The notes under the pieces are model-generated. The model did no database searches and was not told the DNA's origin. It saw only the letters and a list, made by a program, of their open reading frames with translations. DNA of 64,000 nt. Source: Mustelus asterias (lineage: Eukaryota). Positions within the stretch are counted from its first letter, which is position 1. Each line of letters begins with the position of its first letter. The stretch spans positions 124,001 through 188,000 of the forward strand of contig NW_027590699.1 in assembly GCF_964213995.1 (NCBI RefSeq), given 5' to 3'. This document shows, one piece after another, positions 1 to 10,905 of the stretch. A program made the translations under genes and the position numbers.

Positions 1-59
1 TGTAGACCATCCTTCTCATAGAGGTCACACCTTCCCCAGTACGAGCCTTTAGGCAGCAT

Positions 60-378
60 TTCTGTTTGAAACCCCCCAAACGCCCATCCAATTTCCTTTG
101 TAATTGTTTATTGTCTCCACTTCCTCCACCCTCGTAGGCAGCGAGTTCCAGGTCATTACCATTCGCTGCATCAAAATATTCTTCCTCACATCACCCCCCC
201 CCCCTCAACTGCATCTCTGATCCAAAACCTTAAATCTGTCTCCCCCTCATCCTTGTCCCATCAGCTAATGGGAACAGCTTTTCTTTGTCCACCTTATCTA
301 AACCTGTCAGAATCTTGTCACCTCTATCAAATCTCCCCTCAACCTCCTTTGCTCCAAGGGGAACAACCCCAGCCTGAC
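60..378 (-). mobile_element. Degraded CR1-type LINE 3' fragment
   Basis: Resembles the reverse complement of the CR1 ORF2 C-terminal region seen in other copies (cacctctatcaaatctcccctcaacctcctttgctccaagggg). Confidence 0.7.
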
Positions 379-1664
379 ATTGACAATAAAGAACAAACTA
401 ACAGAATATGTTACTACCTGAAATCAAATGGGAATGTTTAATTTCTGTTTTAAAGATATTGTGAATATATTGTCCTGGACAATAAAGAAATTGGAATAAC
501 TCATCTTGGGTGTGGTTGAATGGAATATATCAATCTGGTATCCATCTACATTCTCCCTCTCTAACAGCACTGTGGGTGTACTTACACCTCAGGCATTGAA
601 GCAGTTCAGGAAGGCAGTGTTGGGGTTGACCACGGCCGAGGCAGCTACATACAGCCACATATTCTGTTATAATTGAAGGACAGCAGATTGAATGTGAGGC
701 ATAATGGGACTGGACTATCTTGACCACATTCCTGTAACTTCTCAGTTTCTGCAATCATGGACCATTAAAGCTGCTTAGCAGGGTCCCAACAGAGGACCTG
801 GTGAGAATATTGACTCAGAATGAGTTCAAATTAAACTTATTCCAGGACCGGCTGGTGTTCAGCGGCTGAGAGACCTGAATCTGTAAAAAAGGGGTCCGAC
901 CAATCAACAAACAGTGGTAGGTAGTTGGTTAAGAAGTTAAAAAGCGTTCTGAGGCATTGCTTAACCTATCGTCAATTTGTGATAAGAACTGTGAGGGACT
1001 TGTGACCCGATATTTGGTGAAGTGATGGTATTCTCCAAGTAGCACTGGTCTGAAAAGCAGATCTCTGAGAGTAGATTCTAACAGTTATAATCCTATCCAC
1101 GCATGGCCAGTGAAAAACCAGAGCTCGAGTGGGGACCGGACAGGTCTCTTACCTGCCATTTGGAAACTAAGAACAAGAAGCTTATCGATAAAATGATTAG
1201 AGAATAGAAACAACGTTTCGATTCTGGATGACACTTTGTAAGAAGCTCATCCAGACTCAAAACATTGGCTCTATTCTCTCTCCAAAGATGCTGTCAGACC
1301 TGCTGAGATCTTCCAGCATTTTCTGTTTTCGTTTCAGATTCCAGCATCCGCAGTATTTTACTTTTATGATAATTTGATTAGTTCTGATTGGAATCCCCAC
1401 GACCCTCCCGCAAAACAGAGGGAGTGGTGGCAAAGGGAGAAAAAATAAGGATGATAAAGTCTGGGTTCTGATTCTCGAGCCCATGTAGAATTAACAAAAT
1501 GAGTGAACCAGTTTATAAAGAACAGAAGTTAATCATCCCTCACAATAACTGATCAAATTAAAATAATTAGGTTGATGAATAGAACAAAAAAATTAATGGA
1601 TGCAGTTTAACATCAAGTTTGTTTTGTTCTTAGGGAAGTTTTTTAAACTTGTAAGAAGGGACTC

Positions 1665-4122
1665 GCATACTGTTAAAGGTTTAGACGGGGTAGAGTTTGT
1701 AAAATGTGTTCAGGAGAATTTTCTGCATCAGTATATAGAGGTGCCAACTAGAGAGGATGCGATATTGGATCTCCTATTGGGAAATGAGTTAGGGCAGGTG
1801 ATGGATGTGAGTGTGAGGGAACACTTTGGATCCAGTGATCATAATGCCATTAGTTTCAACCTGATCGTGGATAAGGATAGATCTGGTCCTCGGGTTGAAG
1901 CTCTGAACTGGAAAAAGGCCAAATTTGATAAATGAGAAGGGATCTGGGAAGTGTGGATTGGCACAGGCTGTTCTCTGGTAAGGATGTAAATGGAAAGTGG
2001 GAGGCCTTCAAAGGAGAAATTTTGAGAGTGCAGAGTTTGTATGTTCCTGTCAGGATTAAAGGCAAAGTAAATAGGAATAAGGAACCTTGGTTCTCGAGGG
2101 AGATTGTAACACTGATTAAGAGGAAGAGAGAGTTGTATGAAATGTACAGGCAGCAAGGAACACATCAGATGCTCGAGGAGTATAAAAAGTGCAAGAAGCT
2201 ACTTAAGAGGGAAATCAGGAGGGCTAAAAGAAGACATGAGGTTGCTTTGGCAGACAGAGTGAAGGAAATCCAAAGAGCTTCTATAGGTATGTTAGGAGCA
2301 AAAGGATAGGGATAAAATTGGTCCTCTTGAAGACCAGAGTGGTAGACTGTGTATGGAACCAAAAGAGATGGGGGAGATACTAAATGGTTTTTTTGCATCC
2401 GTATTTACTGAGGAAACGGACATGGAGTCTACGGAAATAGGGCAAACTGGTAGGGAGGTCATGGAACCTTTACAGATTAAAGGGGAGGAAGTGCTTGCTG
2501 TCTTGAGGCAAATCAGAGTGGATAAATCCCCAGGACCGGTCAGGGTATTCCCACGGACCTTGAGGGAAGCTAGTGTTGAACTTGCAGGGGCCCTGGCAGA
2601 CATATTTAAAATGTCAGTATTCACGGGGGAGGTGCCGGATGATTGGAGGGTGGCTCATGTTGTTCCGTTGTTTAAAAAAGGTTCCAAAAGAAATCCGGGA
2701 AATTATAGGCCAGTAAGTTTGATGTCGGTGGGCAAATTATTGGAAGGTGTGATAAGGGATAGGATCTACAAATATTTGGATAGACAGGGACTTATTAGGG
2801 AGAGTCAACATGGCTTTGTGCGTGGAAGGTCATGTTTGACCAATCTATTAGAGTTTTTCGAGGAGGTTACCAGGAAAGTGGATGAAGGGAAGGCGGTGGA
2901 TGTTGTCGACCTGGATTTCAGCAAGGCCTTTGACAAGGTCCCTCATGGGAGGTTAGTTAGGAAGGTTCAGTCGCGTGGTATACATGGGGAGGTAGTAAAT
3001 TGGATTAGACACTGGCTCAATGGAAGAACGTGATGTGGAGATGCCGGCTCAATGGAAGAAGCCAGAGAGTGGTTGTGGAGAATTGCTTCTCTGAGTGGAG
3101 GCCTGTGACTAGTGGTGTGCCGCAGGGATCGGTGTTGGGTCCATTGTTGTTTGTCATCTATATCAATGATCTGGATGATAATGTGGTAAATTGGATCAGC
3201 AAGTTTGCTGATGATACAAAGATTGGAGGTGTAGTGGACAGTGAGGAAGGTTTTCAAAGCTTGCAGAGGGATTTGGACCAACTAGAAAAATGGGCTGAAA
3301 AATGGCAAATGGAATTTAACGCAGACAAGTGTGAGATATTGCACATTGGAAGGACAAACCAAAGTAGAACGTACAGGGTAAGTGGTAGGACTCTGAAGAG
3401 TGCAGTTGAACAGAGGGATCTGGGAATACAGGTACAGAATTCCCTAAAAGTGACGTCAAGGGTGGATAGGTTCGTAAAGAGTGCCTTTGGTACATTGGCC
3501 TTTATAAATCGGAGTATCGAGTATAAAAGTTGGAGTGTTATGGTAAGGTTATACAAGGCATTGGTGCGGCCGAATTTGGAGTATTGTGTACAGTTTTGGT
3601 CACCTAGTTACAGGAAGGATGTAAATAAGGTTGAAAGAGTGCAGAGAAGGTTCACAAGGATGTTGCCGGGACTTGAGAAGCTGAGTTACAGAAAGAGATT
3701 GAATGGGTTGGGACTTTATTCCCTGGAGCGTAGAAGATTGAGGGGAGATTTGATAGAGGTGTATAAGATTTTGACGGGTATAGATAGAGTGAATGCAAGC
3801 AGGCTTTTTCCGCTGAGGCTCGGGGAGAAAAAAACCAGAGGGCATGGGTTAAGGGTGAAAGAAAAGTTTAAAGGGAATATTAGGGGGGGGCTTCTTCCCG
3901 CAGAGAGTGGTGGCAGTGTGGAATGAGCTGCCGGATAAAGTGGTAAATTTAACATTTAACTTTTAACATTCAAGAAAAACTTGGATGGGCTCATGGATGA
4001 GAGGGGTGTGGAGGGATATGGTCCAAGTGCAGGTCAGTGGGACTAGGCAAAAAATGGTTCGGCACAGACAAGAAGGGCCAAAAGGCCTGTTTCTGAGCTG
4101 TAATTTTCTATGGTTCTATGGT
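1665..4122 (+). mobile_element. 5'-truncated CR1 (HER1-like) LINE, ORF2 endonuclease end plus RT, frameshifted
   Basis: ORFs 1600-1935 (SDH motif), 1932-2309, 2353-3033 (PGNYRPVSL, QHGF, DFSKAFD) and 3030-3926 (GVPQGSVLGP, FADD); tail ttctatggttctatgg. Confidence 0.95.
3029..3045 (-). mobile_element. 17-nt Penelope-like micro-insertion with 15-bp TSD inside CR1 RT
   Basis: ggctcaatggaagaa at 3014-3028 and 3046-3060 flanks cgtgatgtggagatgcc, whose reverse complement matches 20854-20870 (end of a PLE fragment) at 16/17 positions. Confidence 0.75.
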
Positions 4123-6332
4123 TGTGTAAAGTGATGTAATTGTGTGCCAAGTTTTTGCTGCTCACTCTCCACCCCTTTAGGTTCTGTAGAAAAGTTAACC
4201 CTTTCAGCAGACAGTTCATTTGTTTTTAAATCACCCGAAAACTCGTGTCTATTTTAGTTCATAATTGAAGATTTATGGGAATTGGCTAAGATGGGCTTTC
4301 AGCATTTTTAAAGTATAAAAAAGTGGTCTTGAGAAGCCAACTTGGTAGAGAGAGGTGGAGGGAGATATGTTTACAGAGAGGTGTGGAGAGCTGTTGGTTT
4401 TACAAGTTATCCACGTTTTCGGAGCCGTCACGTCATGTCCTGGTCTGAGAGGGATGGAGAGAAGTCTGTTCAATTGTTAAAGTTAAACTTTCTCTATTAA
4501 CTGTTAATCGACACTTTGCTTTTTATCTTTCTGTCTTGTTACATTTTTAATGGTTAACAAACTTTCTGATTTCACCTTTTAAAGCTTTCTTTCTTGCCAT
4601 ATGGTTAAGTCACTGGAACCTGGTGCGATTTACGATTAGGGAAGTTATTGTAAACAAGAGAACCCTCATAAATCTTCATTCACATAAATCAAAGTTCTTA
4701 CAAATGGAATGTTATCCTTTATTATGAAAGAAATTGAACATAGAAGTAAAGATGTTCTGCTTCAGTTATACAGGGCATTGCTGAGACTGCATCTTGAACA
4801 CTGGGTGCGGCTTTGTCTCCTATTTAAGAAATGATACAAATGCATTGAAAGTGGTTCAGAGGAGGTTTAATAGATTGCTTCCCAATTCTTGACCCTCACG
4901 GGATGAATTTTGTCTGATTTTCTTTGTTTTCACCTCTGACAAAGGGTCATCCTGACTCCAAATGTTGCCTCCATTCTCTCTTTACAGATGCTGTCAGACT
5001 TGCTGAGATTGTCCAGCATTTCCTGTGTCTGTTTCAGATTCCAGCAACAGCAGAATTTTGCCTTCATACCAATTCTTTTGGATAAGGACATCAAAAGTAT
5101 TGGGTGTAGAACGAGAATGTGGAACTCAACACAAAAAGATCAGCCATGATCTAAATAAATGCTGGAGCAGACACAAAGGGCCAAATGGCTACTTCTGCTC
5201 TGATGTTGAATGTTGGTCACAAATTCCTGAGGATTGTGTAACAAGGCTGGAAGATTCGCCTTGCTTGTGTTAGTGGGAAAATGTCCAGGAGAACCATCAC
5301 TGTGAAGGACAGTTCTGGGATTAAAGGTTGTCAGACTGGAAAAGGAAATAAACACTCGGGGAGTGAAGAATCACTTTGGACTGGTTTTTGGAAAATTTTG
5401 GAGACAGAGTAAAATATAACCGTTGAGTGGGATATTTGATTGTGTTAAGAGTAAAAGGGCAAAGTTCAATTTTACAGTTTAAGGGCAATGTTCCCTACAA
5501 AGAACAGTATTTAGTCATTGTTGCTTCCAGTTTGTTGGAATAAATGTCAAAAAACTTGAAGTTTTGTCATGTGATTCTTTAATTTATTCACTGGGTTTAA
5601 ATTCACTTTTTAAATTATTGAATGTCACAGAAATTCTAACAGTTCATTTAAAGCCACAAGTTTCGATTCCCATTTGAGCCTGGGGTACCTTCCTGTCTCT
5701 CTATTGCTCGTGTTAATGACAGCCAGGCGACGGAGCTGAGGGCTGAATTTAGCTGAGAATAATGGGGCCTACGCCCCAGTTGGGAAACTGCCATGGGTGT
5801 CGCACTAATAGAGAGACAGGAAGGTGCTGGAGGATTGAGTGGGAAATGGGCCTCCAACCAATTGTTATATCGGTCACTCAGAGCTAAAGAGAAACCCGTC
5901 TCTTTAAATACATAAACAGGGAAGAGGCTGCAATGAAATCTGCCCTTCTAACCTGCACAGAAGCAGGAGGCTGAGATTGACAGGCTGCAGGAGGAGTCCA
6001 TTCAGCCCATTGTGCCTCTGCTATCTCTTTGAAAGGACTCTGATTCATCCAACTGCTCTGTTCTTTCCCCACAGCCTGCAAATTCTTCCCTTTCAAGTCT
6101 TTAACGGTTGGAAAGATTCTATTGAATCTGCTTTCAGGCAGATCAGAACACCTCGCTGTGTCAAAAATATAAAATATAATCTCATCTCCCCCTCTGGCTC
6201 CTTTGCCAATTACCTTAGAGGGACTCACTTTCTGTTAAAGAGCCTGCCAACCCCTCTCACCCACTTTCCCTAAAGTGCATTAATATAATCAGAAAAAAAT
6301 CCAGAAAAATCAAATATTTTTACTGATAAAAG

Positions 6333-6338
6333 TTTATT
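6333..6338 (-). terminator. Putative polyadenylation signal (AATAAA) of ZNF1
   Basis: tttatt on + strand, conserved with aataaa at 52067-52072 in the paralogous 3' flank. Confidence 0.5.
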
Positions 6339-6469
6339 AATGAAACAGAACATGGTTAAACAAACAGAAAATGACTTGAGGATCAAAGACGACCAGAGTA
6401 AAAGGAGTTCACAATGCTCTGGACACAAATGGTTTCTCTTTAATTCATCTGTAGCCTGTTCCCTGCCCT

Positions 6470-7090
6470 CTTTGTGGAACACCTCCGCTCAGTCCACAAG
6501 CATGACCCTGACCTTCCGCTTGCTTGCCATTAGAATTCACCACCTTGCTCTCACGCTCACATTTCTGTCCTCGGCCTGCTGCAATGTTCCGGAGAAGCCC
6601 AACACAAGCTGGACGAACAGCCCCTCATCTTCCGATGAGGCACTTTACAGCCTTCTGGACTCAACATCGAATTCAACAACTTCACACCCTGAATTCTCTC
6701 CTCCATTTTGATGGGTTTTTTTGCTGAGTCAGCCTGCATCTTGTTTTCATGTTTTTTTGCTTCCAGACAGAGCTGTCATTTATTCTGCCATTAACACTTA
6801 CTCTGGACCAATGATTTGTTTCTTTACCAAAAACATTACCTCTCCCTTTGCCTTTTGTTACAGCATATTTTTGTCATTTAATCTCACCCACCCTCTAACC
6901 AATCCCTGACTTTCCCTTTTGTTCTACCTGCCCCTCCCCCCTTTCTCAGCAGCATCAAACCCATCACATTTCTCCCTCGCTTTCGTTCTCAAGTAGAGTT
7001 ACATTGGACATAAAAGGTTATCTCTGTTTCTCTCTCCAGAGATGCTACCAGACTGGCTGTGATTTTCTCGTTTTTTCTGTATTTATTTTA
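6470..7090 (+). mobile_element. Penelope-like retroelement remnant (GIY-YIG C-terminus plus 3' region)
   Basis: Translates as EHLRSVHKHDPDLPLACH*NSPPCSHAHISVLGLLQCSGEAQHKLDEQPLIFR*GTLQPSGLNIEFNNF, typical of the PLE GIY-YIG end; followed by a ctctccagagatgct..cagac terminus. Confidence 0.75.
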
Positions 7091-7355
7091 GATCGACCAG
7101 TAGTCGTAGGAAAAAACACTATTTATGATCAAGGATAAAATAAATGTCCTTCATTAGTTTTGTGGATCATTTCAGTGGAAATGTGCTCTCCCAGGTTCAA
7201 AGAGCATCAGCCCACTGGAGGCAAAGTTGTGAGACTGGCCAGTCCAGCAGCAAGAAACCCTCCGACCCTCCCACTTCACCAACTGTCCGAATGAACATGG
7301 TTCAGTCCTGGATGTGACTAACAGCAGCAATAACAGCAGAATCCAACCCCTGTCA

Positions 7356-8618
7356 TCACTTGTGAACTCGCTGGTGTCTCTGTAGGTGGGATAACTGAGT
7401 GAATGCATTCCCACACACACAGCAGGTGAATGGCCTCTCCCCGGTGTGAACTCGCTGGTGTACCCGCAGTGTGAACGATGTTTTAAATCTCTTTGAGCAG
7501 TGAGAGCAGCTGAACGGTCTCTCCTCAGTGTGAATGCGCTGGTGGGACATCAGTTCTCCAGAGCTTTCGAAGCCACTTCCACAGTCAGAACATTTAAAGG
7601 ATCTATCCTGCGTGTGAGTGACATTGTGTCTCAGCAGGCTGGATAACTGAATGTATCCCTTCCCACACCCGGAGCAGGTGAATGGCCTCTCCCCGGTGTG
7701 AACTGCCTGGTGTTTCCGCAGGTTGTATGACATTCTAAATCTCTTTGTGCAGACAGAGCAGCTGAACGGTCTCTCCTCAGTGTGAATGCGCTGGTGGATT
7801 ATCAGTTCCCGAGAGCTTTTGAAGCCACTCCCACAGTCAGAACATTTAAAGGGTCTCACATTGGTGTGAGTGAACTTGTGTCTCAGCAGGTGGGATGAAT
7901 GAATGAATCCCTTCCCACACACAGAGCAGGTGAACGGTTTCTCCCCGGTGTGAACTCGCTGGTGCGTTAGCAGGTCGGATGAATTTCTAAACCTCTTTGT
8001 GCAGTGAGAGCAGCTGAACGGTCTCTCCTCAGTGTGACTGCGCTGGTGGGACTTCAGATCTCCAGCGAGTTTGAAGCTGTTCCCACAGTTGGAGCATTTA
8101 AAGGGTCTCTCATTGCTGTGAGTGACTTTGTGTGCGCGCAGACTGGATAAATGAGTGAATTCCTTCTCACACACAGAGCAGGTAAATGGTCTCTCCCCAG
8201 TGTGAATTCGTTGGTGTATCCGCAGTTTGGATGACATTTTAAACCTCTTTGTGCAGTGAGAGCAGCTGAACGGTCTCTCCTCAGTGTGAATGCGCTGGTG
8301 GGATACCAGTTCACCAGAGCTTTTGAATCTGCTCCCACAGTCAGAGCATTTAAAGGGTCTCTCCTGGGTGTGAGTGACTTTGTGTGCACATAGGCTGGAT
8401 AAATGAGCGAATCCCTTCCCACAGTCAGAGCACCTGAATGGCCTCTCCCCTGTGTGAACTCGTTGGTGTCTCTGCAGATTAGGTAAGTGAGTGAATCGCT
8501 TCCCACACACAAAGCAGGTGAATGGCCTCTCCCCAGTGTGACTGCGTTGATGAATTTCCAGCTGAGATGGGGATATGAATCCCTTCCCACAGTCTCCACA
8601 TTTCCACGGTTTCTCCAT
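7356..8618 (-). CDS. ZNF1: intact C2H2 zinc-finger protein, 420 aa, 15 tandem fingers, no KRAB
   Basis: ORF 7356-8654; first ATG at 8618 (MEKPWKC); 15 CxxC..HxxxH units with TGERPF/TEERPF linkers. Confidence 0.92.
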   Translation of the reverse strand: MEKPWKCGDCGKGFISPSQLEIHQRSHTGERPFTCFVCGKRFTHLPNLQRHQRVHTGERPFRCSDCGKGFAHLSSLCAHKVTHTQERPFKCSDCGSRFKSSGELVSHQRIHTEERPFSCSHCTKRFKMSSKLRIHQRIHTGERPFTCSVCEKEFTHLSSLRAHKVTHSNERPFKCSNCGNSFKLAGDLKSHQRSHTEERPFSCSHCTKRFRNSSDLLTHQRVHTGEKPFTCSVCGKGFIHSSHLLRHKFTHTNVRPFKCSDCGSGFKSSRELIIHQRIHTEERPFSCSVCTKRFRMSYNLRKHQAVHTGERPFTCSGCGKGYIQLSSLLRHNVTHTQDRSFKCSDCGSGFESSGELMSHQRIHTEERPFSCSHCSKRFKTSFTLRVHQRVHTGERPFTCCVCGNAFTQLSHLQRHQRVHK

Positions 8619-9127
8619 GGTGCTGATGTCCTTGTAACTCTCCAGGTTCAACAATCAGTTGAATCTCACACAGAACACATGTTCAGTCTCTCCCCGCTGT
8701 GAATGCTGCAATGTATTTTCAGGCTGTGTAACTGGTTAAAGCTCTTTCCACAGTCATTACACTGGAATGCGCTCACTTGGGTGTGGGCATGTTTCAGTGC
8801 TTTTCCACTCTCACTCATGCTTAAAATCTTTTGAAGATGACAGAACAGAGATTCAAAGGTAGATGATATTCAGGTTCTATCAAATTGAGTGACTTTGTCA
8901 GTTCTTGACATGACGTTTGGCTTGAGATTTTTGACTGTAAATCCTCACCTCTTGATAGCCTGTAATATAAATTTACAACAGACATCACAGTTAGTATAAG
9001 ATAGAAATTCAGAACACATCATTTTAGTTTCTATAACGCATTCTTTCCTCGCTTATTCCCCAAAAGCTGTAAATCTCCATCCCACACACTCTCCCTCCAT
9101 TCTCACTCTGCTGTATCTAATATTCAC

Positions 9128-9193
9128 CCTCCCAATTCTCCTGAAGGTGCTGATTGAGGCTGATTGACAGATCCATGCTCACTGCTTCCTGTC
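9128..9193 (-). other. 66-nt mini-exon upstream of ZNF1 (GQEAVSMDLSISLNQHLQENWEG)
   Basis: Acceptor ctctctgtgtccag|, donor |gtgaat, internal gtgagcATGG; same length and splice sites in paralogues at 21261-21326 and 46420-46485. Confidence 0.65.
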
Positions 9194-9389
9194 CTGGACA
9201 CAGAGAGCTGAAAATCTCCATGCAGGCTGCCAGACAGATATATGTCGAAACGACTGAACTAAAAATGTATAGAATATACAGACTGGATTCACTTCCTTTC
9301 CCTTCAGTTGCTGCAAGTCAGCAATTTCCCCCAGAATGAGAAAAGAAATGGAAAGGGAGAAACACAGAGGAGGAAGTTTCACTCTGAAG

Positions 9390-9900
9390 CTCATTGGCCA
9401 ACTTCCGCATTGTGACATCACAATGGAGCCCTGCCTGAATCAGCCAATAGGAATCACTCTGCTCCGCGGTGACGTCTCTGGGTTCCAGTGCGCAGGCCCG
9501 GGCGCGCATCCCGGGAGCCCCGCCCCCACCCATTGTTCCCCTCCCCCTGTACCACATCGAGCCAACGTTTCCAGACAACCGGCTGGCGGCTCCGGCCAGA
9601 GCGAGAAGCCGCTCGGTGATCTCCCCCTCCCCCCTCTCTCTCCAGCGGCTGCTGCTCCAAAAAGAGATCGAGAGCGACCGCTGGCGGCAGCCGCACTGCG
9701 CCTGCTCCGGACAGCTCGGCTCAGCAGCACTCTCTGCGCCTGCTCCGGACAGCTCAGCTCAGCAGCGCTCTCTGCGCCTGCTCCGGACAGCTCGGCTCAG
9801 CAGCGCTCTCTGCGCCTGCTCCGGACAGCTCGGCTCAGCAGCGCTCTCTGCGCCTGCGTGCTGGGCTGCCAGCTGAGGGAGTGGGGGAGGGGACTTTGCA
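9390..9900. promoter_or_regulatory. CpG-island bidirectional promoter 1 (ZNF1 / ZNF2 pseudogene)
   Basis: CpG-dense; CCAAT boxes, tgacgtc CRE-like site, tgcgcctgc NRF1-like motifs; lies between divergently oriented ZNF genes. Confidence 0.7.
9696..9857. repeat. 38-bp tandem repeat, about 4.3 copies
   Basis: ctgcgcctgctccggacagctcggctcagcagcgctct starting at 9696, 9734, 9772, 9810 and 9848 (partial). Confidence 0.95.
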
Positions 9901-9967
9901 AAATCTTCCCATCATTTTCTTCCAAGTCCCGCAGTTTGATTTGAAACAGAACAGCTTCTGTTTGTAG

Positions 9968-10139
9968 CTTCACCACAGACTCAAACTTCACCACAGACTC
10001 AAACTTCACCACAGACTCAAACTTCACACACAGACTCAAACTTCACCACAGACTCAAACTTCACACACACACTCAAACTTCACACACACACTCAAACTTC
10101 ACACACAGACTCCAACTTCACACACAGACTCCAACTTCA
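9968..10139. repeat. 18-19-bp tandem repeat (cttcaccacagactcaaa), about 9 copies
   Basis: Directly visible. Confidence 0.9.
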
Positions 10140-10582
10140 TCCTCTGGACAACATCTGTGAGGAAAACACTTTCTTTCTCCCCCCCCCCCCCCCCCCCCTG
10201 GGAAATACAGAGACAGAGAAATTCTCTGGAACTGGAATTAGAGCCAAATATACTGAGGGGGAAATGTTTGTGATTTTGTGGAACCTGTTTTTATTGTCTG
10301 AGCTTTTTAAAGTGTAATTTATCTTGTCTATTCAAATACCGTTTCTCTCTTTGCATGATTTAGTGATGCTGATTTTAGATAAATTTCTGAAGTAAAAGTT
10401 TTTAAAATGTGAAACGGTGTCCTTCAATATTCCATTGGACTTTTCTGGAAATATGTTTACTTTTTAGGTTAATAACGACAGACATATGTCTTGTGTTGAT
10501 AGAAGGTACATCTTGGTATATTTTTGTTTCAGTAATAAGATTCATGTATTGTTAGTTTTATTCTTGTTATATAATATAAAAT

Positions 10583-10905
10583 CACAGAATCCCTACAGTA
10601 CAGAAGGATGCCATTCAGCCCATTGAGCCTGCACTGACAACAATCCCACCCAAGCCCTATCCCCGTCACCCCAAATATTTACCCTGCAAATGCCCCTGAC
10701 ACTAGGGTCAATTTAGCATGGCCAATCAACCTAACCCGTACATCTTTGGAGTGTGGGGGTAAACCGGAGCACACGGAGGAAACCCACGCAGACACGTGGA
10801 GAATGTGCAAACTCCACACAGACAGTGACCCAAACCAGGAATCAAACCCGGGTCCCTGGAGCTGTGAGGCCACAGTGCTAACCACTGTGCTACCGTGCTG
10901 CCCTG
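10583..10905 (-). mobile_element. tRNA-derived V-SINE (HE1-like)
   Basis: ggcagcacggtagcacagtgg A-box head, ggtttgattcc B-box, V-domain gtgggtttcctcc..tgctccggttt, CR1-like tail. Confidence 0.85.

Noticed and set aside
4125-4680. Possible LTR-like repeat similar to 30890-31260
   Set aside because: Only patchy similarity by eye; termini and TSD could not be defined.
9336-9944. 202-aa and overlapping ORFs in CpG island 1
   Set aside because: GC-rich promoter plus tandem repeat with no domain signal; the same applies to 24593-25171.
9696-10139. Regular repeats as a CRISPR array
   Set aside because: Head-to-tail tandem repeats without unique spacers, in eukaryotic DNA, with no cas genes.
10860-10895. 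cacagtg/cactgtg heptamers as RAG recombination signals, and tRNA genes
   Set aside because: They are part of the tRNA-derived SINE head; no nonamer at 12/23 spacing was seen and there is no full cloverleaf.
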